Both the position numbers and the translations under genes were made by a program. A stretch of 64,000 nucleotides of DNA, from positions 88,373 to 152,372 of the IMG/VR virus record IMGVR_UViG_641201351_000001; one strand, written 5' to 3'. Shown piece after piece: positions 57,053 through 64,000 of this stretch. Source of the stretch: a virus (Duplodnaviria; Caudoviricetes). The first letter of the stretch is position 1, and every line of letters starts with the position of its first letter. The notes beneath the pieces are model-generated. The model had not been told where the DNA came from. It saw nothing but the letters and a program-made list of their open reading frames with translations, and made no database searches.

Positions 57053-58014
57053 CTTAGATCTCCACCTCCTAGTTCGTAAATCGCATAAATGTTTTCTTGC
57101 GGATCATATAAAACTAGCTCATTTCCTTTTCTGGAAGATATTGAGAAATTAACATTCTTCGCTTTTCCTAAGGCATTAACCTCCCTATGAAAAACATTAG
57201 TTTCTAGGTTATTTTGTCTTTCTGTGATGCTGTCTATAACAATGTCTTTAAAAATAGCTTTTCTATTTCTTTTGTATGGCTTAGAATTTCCATAAAATTT
57301 AGTAATTGCCACTTCATTTGTTAAACCTTTTCCCAAAAATGAAGTTTCTTCCTCTTCGTATATCAGAAGTAGTGTTTTTACTCTTTTCTTTAATTCTCTA
57401 TAATTGTCCAAAATCGCTTCTTCGTCAAAATCATATGTTTTTCTATCTAGTACAGGATTAAACAGTATTTTCAAATAGTTGGCGTAGATGTAGAGAGGAA
57501 AATTTAGTGTGGCAAACTTGGCAATAAATAGATTTCCTTCTTTCTTCATTTCCTCCAAATAAATATTTACAAATTCATTTTCAGGAAGAAGAACATCTCC
57601 TATTTTTCTAAGTATCTTGTATATCCTATTTTTCACAGAATTCTTATCTACCTTTTTAAACTTGTGATAAAAGTCAGATATTTCAATAAATGATTCAACT
57701 GCTAAAACAAGCAGAAGAAAGTTCCTTATCTTTTCATTTTCATTGACCAAATAAACAACGAAATCTTCTTCAAGTCTATTTACATAATTAAAGGAAGCGC
57801 CTTTTAATTCTTTCTTAAATATTTCGTAGTTTGAAAGCTTTTTGATGAAGCTACTAGATTTCTCATCTTCCTTTATGAACAAAAGCAAATCGCCATAAAA
57901 CACATCATCAAAAGAAGAATCTTTATCTGAAGGTATAACTAGCATAGAAGCGGAAGAGGAATTTGTCATGCTGGTAAGTCTTACTTCTTTTAGCCTTCTC
58001 ATGCTCTTCTTCAC
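57049..58014 (-). CDS. hypothetical protein with N-terminal RxxxxTNSSS motif
   Basis: VRLTSMTNSSSAS; ATGA overlap with radical SAM gene. Confidence 0.75.
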   Translation of the reverse strand: MKKSMRRLKEVRLTSMTNSSSASMLVIPSDKDSSFDDVFYGDLLLFIKEDEKSSSFIKKLSNYEIFKKELKGASFNYVNRLEEDFVVYLVNENEKIRNFLLLVLAVESFIEISDFYHKFKKVDKNSVKNRIYKILRKIGDVLLPENEFVNIYLEEMKKEGNLFIAKFATLNFPLYIYANYLKILFNPVLDRKTYDFDEEAILDNYRELKKRVKTLLLIYEEEETSFLGKGLTNEVAITKFYGNSKPYKRNRKAIFKDIVIDSITERQNNLETNVFHREVNALGKAKNVNFSISSRKGNELVLYDPQENIYAIYELGGGDLR

Positions 58015-58017
58015 CTC

Positions 58018-58656
58018 CTAGAAAAGCTCTACCTTTTCAGCATCTAAAGTTATCGCTTTGTGAGCCTTCAAAAATTCTACTACTTGGTATATATCTTCAA
58101 AGCGCTTAGTAAGTTTAACATCGTCAGAGGGTATTGGAATGAATATTCCTTTAACATTTAAACTTTTAATGCTAAATTCGCCAAAAATGTAGAGATTTAT
58201 ATTCAAAAACACCTCATTTATCAACGAAAAGCTAAGCAAATTTAAAAATACCAAAGAGTGAAGAGTAATTATCTCAACATCTTTACCTCCATCTAATTTT
58301 TCTGGTAAGTACTTAATTGCTATAAAATTTTTTGCTATCAATGAAAACAAATCATAATCTAGTACATCTACCGCCAAAACAAAATCTGTGGATTGTATAT
58401 TGTTAAACTTTTCTTTTGCAAAATTGTTTGAAAATTTTACCGCTGAAATCCAGCTTTCGTAAAATTCTAAAAACGGATTTTTCTTTCCGCTAATTGTAGA
58501 AACAATGTGGCTTGAAGTTATATCTAATCTAAACTTATAAAACCCAAAATTTGTGTTTTTAACTTTAACATCTTTTTCATTAATTGCATCTATTGCTACC
58601 TCTAAAAATTTTTTTAATTTTTCTCTATCGTCTTTCAGAACGCCTGGCACTCTCAC
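58018..58656 (-). CDS. hypothetical protein ending ELF, leaderless early gene
   Basis: promoter TTGACA-17-TAAGGT at 58663-58691. Confidence 0.8.
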   Translation of the reverse strand: MRVPGVLKDDREKLKKFLEVAIDAINEKDVKVKNTNFGFYKFRLDITSSHIVSTISGKKNPFLEFYESWISAVKFSNNFAKEKFNNIQSTDFVLAVDVLDYDLFSLIAKNFIAIKYLPEKLDGGKDVEIITLHSLVFLNLLSFSLINEVFLNINLYIFGEFSIKSLNVKGIFIPIPSDDVKLTKRFEDIYQVVEFLKAHKAITLDAEKVELF

Positions 58657-58721
58657 ACCACAACCTTACCACACCGTGCCTTTGGTGTCAAGGCGCTGAT
58701 GGAAGATGTTAAAATAAAGCT

Positions 58722-59267
58722 ATGACAAACACTTTAAACTTGCTAGCAAAGGAAGTTGCCAATAGATTGGGATTTCTTTACTTGAACACAAAAGATTTAC
58801 ATCACAAACTTGAACCTGTTAAATTTTTTGTTTCAAGATATTTAGAAGACAGAGTAATAGATGAAGAAGATATAGAGTTCTTAACTTCTAGCTACGAAGA
58901 CTTTCCTTCATCAAACCTTTTGAGAACTGAAAGCACTTTTTTAATTCAAAGCTTTTCTGATTTGGCTGGTTTTGCAGAAAACATAGAGTTGTCATTGTCT
59001 AACATTGCCTCGCCCTCATCTCTTATAAGGATAGATGACTATTCAAAAATAATAACTGTTGATGACATTGAAATAATGTTCTATGCTATAGAGGATTACG
59101 AGCATGTTCTTTTGCCCTATTTTTTGTTTCTTCTTCTTGTAGGTATCAATAATGTTGAAGACGTTGTAGGTAGTAAGTTAGAACCATCTTCTATAAATAA
59201 AGAAGACTTTAGAAAGTTCTCAAAAGAAACAAAACAAAAAACCAATCTTCTTGCAAAATTATTGTGA
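58722..59267 (+). CDS. hypothetical protein, leaderless
   Basis: TGtTAAAAT directly before ATG. Confidence 0.75.
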   Translation: MTNTLNLLAKEVANRLGFLYLNTKDLHHKLEPVKFFVSRYLEDRVIDEEDIEFLTSSYEDFPSSNLLRTESTFLIQSFSDLAGFAENIELSLSNIASPSSLIRIDDYSKIITVDDIEIMFYAIEDYEHVLLPYFLFLLLVGINNVEDVVGSKLEPSSINKEDFRKFSKETKQKTNLLAKLL

Positions 59268-59304
59268 AGGACAGTTCAAAAAATTGAAATAAAATGAAGT
59301 AGAG

Positions 59305-59934
59305 ATGGAAATTATAGCCAAAGAATATTACAAATTGGGAGAGAACCTTCTTTTTGTTATTAGGGGATTTACTAATGATGTAAGCCTAACAATACGAACA
59401 ATAAAATCTGGAAAATATATTTTTCGTAACACTTTTGGTTGGACAACAGCCGATACACAAACCCCAACAACTTTTCTTTTTTCTGATGCATTAGACGATA
59501 ACGGAACTAAGTATTTTATTATAGAAATACCAAAGGAAAGTTTATTAAAAAACGACATCTACAAGTTATTTGTTGATGATGGTAACACACAAACAGAAAA
59601 GTTTGTTTTTGTTGGAGATTCTTTCACTTCCCCCCCCAAAATAAATGTTTACGGCAATTTATATGATGCACTTGGTAGACCAGTTTCATCTACAACGCTT
59701 ACATTTAGCGTTCTTAATCCTGTTGGTTACTTTGATAACTCACCAATTACCAGTATGAATGCTTCTACAACAACAGATGAAAATGGATACTTTTCGATAC
59801 TATTGAACAAAAATTACAACTATGTAGTTGTTGTTCCAGAACTAAATTACCGAAAAGTTGTAAAGCTTTCTGAGCTTCCTGATAGTGTTACTTCTGTAGA
59901 ACTTGTCTTTGGAGAGGTAAGCAATCTATGCTAA
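59305..59934 (+). CDS. putative virion protein with Ig/carboxypeptidase-regulatory-like domain
   Basis: VYGNLYDALGRPV...TTTDENGYFSILL. Confidence 0.65.
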   Translation: MEIIAKEYYKLGENLLFVIRGFTNDVSLTIRTIKSGKYIFRNTFGWTTADTQTPTTFLFSDALDDNGTKYFIIEIPKESLLKNDIYKLFVDDGNTQTEKFVFVGDSFTSPPKINVYGNLYDALGRPVSSTTLTFSVLNPVGYFDNSPITSMNASTTTDENGYFSILLNKNYNYVVVVPELNYRKVVKLSELPDSVTSVELVFGEVSNLC

Positions 59935-60317
59935 AGGTGTTAAAAATTGAGTTATCTAACCTGTTTACAAAACCTTTGGAGGGGGCAAAAATAGAAATTT
60001 ATCCCTATCCAACAAAGGTCTATTATTTGCAAGACAACAGAAGAATCTATTTGCCTAGCGTTATTGCTTATCTAACAGCAAACCAATGGGGAAACGCTGA
60101 AACTCAGTTAGTACCCAACGATTTGCTTAGACCTTCTCCCAACTTTTATGTAGTAAAAGTTATGTATAAAGGAAGAATTTACTATTTCGTAGCAAAAATA
60201 ACTAGTGATATGAATGATATTGTTTATCTACATGATGTAGTTATAAATAAGGAAAAAGAATGTGAAAACCAGCAAAACCTTCCTTATAGGGTGCTTGGCA
60301 ATAATTACTATATTTAA
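59928..60317 (+). CDS. putative virion protein (beta-sandwich)
   Basis: KPLEGAKI...TANQWG...LVPND. Confidence 0.6.
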   Translation: MLKVLKIELSNLFTKPLEGAKIEIYPYPTKVYYLQDNRRIYLPSVIAYLTANQWGNAETQLVPNDLLRPSPNFYVVKVMYKGRIYYFVAKITSDMNDIVYLHDVVINKEKECENQQNLPYRVLGNNYYI

Positions 60318-60363
60318 ATAAAAACAAAAAGCAAACCTTAAAATTAAATAGGGGAGGCATATT

Positions 60364-61857
60364 ATGGCTATTGAACTACCTCAATATTCAGAAACTATAG
60401 AAACCAAACAATTTACAACTCAGTCTGAAATTATCAGACTTCCGTACGTATTTCATGCTATTGGTATTACAAACAAAGGAAGTGTACCAGTAAAGGTTTA
60501 CTTATCAGAATCTAATCCAAACGCTTATGTTGTTGTAGACGCTAATTCTTACAAGGAGGTTTCTGCATCCTCTAACTATATAAAGTTTGTTTACGATACT
60601 ACAGGAACATATGACATAACATTTGAAATCTTTAGCCTTTTTTCTGAGGGATTTTTAGCACCAAGATTTCCAAACCTTTATGTTCAAGACATAAACGGAA
60701 ATTATGTTTTGTACAATCCTCTAAATACTGACGGCTTCTTTACAGAAACATACTCTTATGGCGACTCATTAGCAGTTAATAGACCTTACAACTCCGAAAC
60801 GATGTTAGAAGTAGACTATTGGTTTAATGGTCAAAAGTTAGCTTCTACAGACGGCACATTTTCTAGCGATTTCTTTACAACATTAATACAAAACTTTATA
60901 ACCTCTGTATTTCCCTATTCTGATGTAAATGATGTTTTGCGCCCTCTCCCAGGTGGACAAACTACAGATATCATAAACAAAATCAAAGATTATTGGCAGC
61001 AAATAGATAGACCAATTAACGATGAATATGTAGGCGGTTGGGCAAAACTTGAGTCCTTTGACAGAAAACTTAGTTTACTTAGCTTTGTTTTAAGCTCTGG
61101 TGATAAGATAGAGTTTCCGTTTACTGTATTGGGTTTTAATATAGAAAACCTTGATGACTCAAATAGCGCTACTGTAAGGATTTACAACGACAGCTCTTAC
61201 ACAGACCAAACCATTTCTCCTTCTTCTAGTTATATTGGAAACCTTGAACCAGCAACAAAGTTTGAGGTATTAAGTGGATTAGTAAGAATTTCTTTCAGCG
61301 GTTACGCTGTTAAAATGCTTTCTTTTGCTCCAATAATTAATATTTACTACCCTATTGGATTTGATGAAACTAGCGGTTTACCAAACGATGCCTATACACT
61401 CTTCCAAAACAGGCTAACAGAATTTGAAACTTGGCTAACAAACTCTAAATTTTCTGGTAGAGTTTTCAAATATAAGTGGGTACAGCATGTACCAGAAACA
61501 AGAAATGTTTGGGATGCCGACTATTATCAAATAACTTTTGCCGATTCTAAAATTCCTCTTCCCTTTGATGAGTTAAGGCTTTACTTAAGAGATTGGTATA
61601 CATATTCTCAACTTGAAAAACAAATAATTTCTAGAGTTTGGGACGAAAATTATTCTGTTTTGGGGCAATATGGAAAACCTAAAGATATAAATGAAGTTAT
61701 TAATAACGACAACATTATTTATGTTTTGGGACAAAATTTCTCTGGATATGCTGCTGGTACGGCAAGAAGAGATGCAAAAAGAGAATTTTTAAGAAGAGTG
61801 TTGCTTGAAGGCTATCTAGGAAACTACGCCGGAACTTTAACTTATTCCATAAATTAA
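60364..61857 (+). CDS. putative virion structural protein with two similar small beta domains
   Basis: LPYVFHAIGITN and FPFTVLGFNIEN repeats; GGGAGG SD. Confidence 0.7.
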   Translation: MAIELPQYSETIETKQFTTQSEIIRLPYVFHAIGITNKGSVPVKVYLSESNPNAYVVVDANSYKEVSASSNYIKFVYDTTGTYDITFEIFSLFSEGFLAPRFPNLYVQDINGNYVLYNPLNTDGFFTETYSYGDSLAVNRPYNSETMLEVDYWFNGQKLASTDGTFSSDFFTTLIQNFITSVFPYSDVNDVLRPLPGGQTTDIINKIKDYWQQIDRPINDEYVGGWAKLESFDRKLSLLSFVLSSGDKIEFPFTVLGFNIENLDDSNSATVRIYNDSSYTDQTISPSSSYIGNLEPATKFEVLSGLVRISFSGYAVKMLSFAPIINIYYPIGFDETSGLPNDAYTLFQNRLTEFETWLTNSKFSGRVFKYKWVQHVPETRNVWDADYYQITFADSKIPLPFDELRLYLRDWYTYSQLEKQIISRVWDENYSVLGQYGKPKDINEVINNDNIIYVLGQNFSGYAAGTARRDAKREFLRRVLLEGYLGNYAGTLTYSIN

Positions 61858-61883
61858 CGACTTAATGTTGATAAAATGAAGTT

Positions 61884-62969
61884 ATGCCTAAGGAATATGA
61901 ACATTGCAAAGAAAGTTATCTAAAAAAGGGAGTTTCAGAAAAAAAGGCGAAAGCAATTTGCGCTGGAATGTATTATAATAGACATGGTATAACAGTAAAC
62001 GAAGCCAAAAAGAGGGGGTTAAAAAGCATGAAACTTTTATATTTAGGTAGAACAAAAGAGGCTCTAAAATCATTAATTTTAGCTAATGGAGAAGAACTAA
62101 AAGACTTTGTTATCGTAAAAGTGCCCGATTCTCTAAGGAAGAATGAAGTAGTTAAATCTATCTATCCAAAGGTAGAAAATGAAGAGTATGTTTATGTGGC
62201 TGTTCATAAGTCTGTTGTTGATGTAACTGTTGAAGGAAAGGTTGTTCTTTCTCTTGAAAAGCTCCTTTCTAAAGTTGAAGAAAACGAAACTTCTAAGCAA
62301 AACGAGGACAATGTTGCTCATGTGGAAGCTGGTAAGGAAGTTGTTAAGGAAGGAAAGCTAGAAAAAAGCTCTGGAGAAAGCGGGCAAACTGGTTCTCTAA
62401 AAGAAGAAATTCGTGAAGAGGTCGTAGTAACTAAATCTAAGCACAGCGTAGAAGAAGATGATAGTAATGTTCCTTTTCTAGATGATGTTATTGAAAAACT
62501 AAAGAGAAAGAATATTCTCACAAAAGAAGAAAGGGCTGCGCTAGTTAACGCTCTTAGAGTCATTGAGGAATTTATGCAGGACAAGCTTACTGACGAACAA
62601 AAGACCAATCTTTCTACTGCAATTAGCGATGTAGATATGGCGCTTTCAGAAGAAAGTAATAAGAGTGAAGACAAATCAGAAGACAAAGCATTAGAAGCTA
62701 CCTCTGCTACAGTAGAGGCACTAGAAAAAGAGGATCTTGAATCTGAGGTTGTTCCTGTAACAAAAAGCCTTTCTGAACACGAAAAGTTTTTGAGCTTAAA
62801 GTCTATTGATGGCACAAATCCTGTTTTTGAAAGCAAGCATGATGCTAATAGATATGCTAGATTGTACAACCTTCACAATGAAGATAAGAAGGCTGTCGTA
62901 CTTCCAGCTTCAATGAACGATAAGAGGAAGTACGGTACTAAAGCTAAATATGTAGTTGTTTTTGAATGA
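61884..62969 (+). CDS. acidic scaffold/prohead-core-like protein
   Basis: E/K-rich, ten KS dipeptides; TGaTAAAAT leaderless start. Confidence 0.55.
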   Translation: MPKEYEHCKESYLKKGVSEKKAKAICAGMYYNRHGITVNEAKKRGLKSMKLLYLGRTKEALKSLILANGEELKDFVIVKVPDSLRKNEVVKSIYPKVENEEYVYVAVHKSVVDVTVEGKVVLSLEKLLSKVEENETSKQNEDNVAHVEAGKEVVKEGKLEKSSGESGQTGSLKEEIREEVVVTKSKHSVEEDDSNVPFLDDVIEKLKRKNILTKEERAALVNALRVIEEFMQDKLTDEQKTNLSTAISDVDMALSEESNKSEDKSEDKALEATSATVEALEKEDLESEVVPVTKSLSEHEKFLSLKSIDGTNPVFESKHDANRYARLYNLHNEDKKAVVLPASMNDKRKYGTKAKYVVVFE

Positions 62970-62986
62970 TACAATTTAAAAAAACT

Positions 62987-63017
62987 AAGCAGGGCCTGTT
63001 TTGGTCCTGCTTTCTTT
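62987..63017 (+). terminator. intrinsic terminator
   Basis: AAGCAGGGCC/GGTCCTGCTT stem then TCTTT. Confidence 0.7.
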
Positions 63018-63031
63018 GTTATAATAGCAAT

Positions 63032-63535
63032 ATGACTGAGCAAGAACTTAATCAAGTTATTTTTAAAAAATTTGAAGAACTAAGGGATGCTATAAAAACC
63101 GAATTTTACAACTCTATAGATGAAAAATATGTAGAGCAAATAAGAACAAACAAAACTTTTTATAATTCAGAAGAATTAGCTAATCTTGTCAGCACAAAAC
63201 TAAAAAATCAATTTGAACAAATTTTTCAGGAAGCAGAAAACGAATTCAAGTCTTTTAAATTCTATCTATTTGATGATGCGGTTGGGAGAGAGGACTTGAA
63301 TTTTAATCCTGGGCTTTGTAAAACATCTAAAGTTCATATAATTTTAGAAGGCCAATTTAAAACAGTAGATTGCGGCTTTTTAGTATTAGAAAACTCTCAA
63401 ATCCTTAACAAATTTATTGAATCTTTCATAAGAAGAACCTTTGGCGCACTAATCGTAAGAAGGCTAAATGAAATTTCTGCAAAAATAGTGGAAGAAAATG
63501 CTATAATATCTACCGATAGTTATGATTCAGCTTAA
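63032..63535 (+). CDS. hypothetical protein, leaderless
   Basis: start re-set to ATG 63032 after TGtTATAAT. Confidence 0.7.
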   Translation: MTEQELNQVIFKKFEELRDAIKTEFYNSIDEKYVEQIRTNKTFYNSEELANLVSTKLKNQFEQIFQEAENEFKSFKFYLFDDAVGREDLNFNPGLCKTSKVHIILEGQFKTVDCGFLVLENSQILNKFIESFIRRTFGALIVRRLNEISAKIVEENAIISTDSYDSA

Positions 63536-63785
63536 GTTACTAGATCAAGACTTTGAAGTAGAGGTAGACGACAGATATCTAATTCTTTACTCAAATGACG
63601 ATTTTTGCTCTTCTCCAAAAACAATGAGATTTGTTGGATTTGAAATTTACACATTTGACAATGTTTTTTGCGGAATAAAGATTAGATTAGAAAAATTAGA
63701 TGACAGAAAGCTAGAATCAATAATTCTTGTTGATGAATATAATTACGAAATAGATTTATCTTCATTTGTTTCCAGTTACATTTAG
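63522..63785 (+). CDS. small acidic hypothetical protein
   Basis: 87-aa ORF overlapping upstream stop. Confidence 0.65.
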   Translation: MIQLKLLDQDFEVEVDDRYLILYSNDDFCSSPKTMRFVGFEIYTFDNVFCGIKIRLEKLDDRKLESIILVDEYNYEIDLSSFVSSYI

Positions 63786-64000
63786 GTACCAAAAGAAAGG
63801 TAGACCACGCCAGTAGGAACATTTGCGTAGTCTGAACTAGTATATCTATTTTTTAGATATAAATAGTTAGAGCTTCTGAACTTAATGAAGCGTCATATAA
63901 AAATAGCTATTGTGCGATTTTCAGAAGTTAAAAAACTATACCTAATTAACGCTCCACCTAAGCATTAAATCGCTTTATTTGGTAAAAATTTTTTCCGTAT

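Noticed and set aside
2012-63055. Opposite-strand shadow ORFs (e.g. 2661, 12795, 27248, 28502, 34139, 62318) and 25345..25542
   Set aside because: They overlap better-supported genes or promoters, lack SD/promoter support and have antisense-type composition.
63786-64000. Possible minus-strand gene end at the window edge
   Set aside because: All three minus frames contain stops in this stretch; no supportable ORF.

Overview
AT-rich dsDNA myovirus genome segment. Strong sigma70/sigmaA-type promoters, GGAGGTG Shine-Dalgarno sites, many leaderless genes, and tRNA-Ile2/Met(CAT) plus tRNA-Arg(TCT) resemble large low-GC Thermus phages of the phiYS40/TMA type; this is inference, not database-checked. 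1-29.6 kb is a mostly minus-strand array of about 47 small genes, largely 130-230 aa, uncharacterised and partly paralogous, organised in short units with their own -35/-10 promoters. A MoxR-type AAA+ ATPase / HExxH-vWA pair sits inside the array, and a deaminase and a RuvC-like nuclease lie at its right end. 29.6-31.9 kb holds a ~91-bp degenerate tandem repeat, a Hef-like endonuclease and two tRNAs. 32-64 kb is virion morphogenesis (tape-measure-like protein, M23 peptidase, neck, holin candidate, baseplate J, fibre, hub, frameshifted tail chaperone, scaffold-like protein) with a radical SAM / TNSSS operon inserted. The strongest signal is that 34 of the 47 array proteins end in Phe, 18 of them in [E/D]-[V/I/L]-F (11 exactly EVF), across unrelated families and with varied codons, suggesting a shared C-terminal addressing tag. 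Two different dispersed DNA motifs punctuate the left and right halves of the array.
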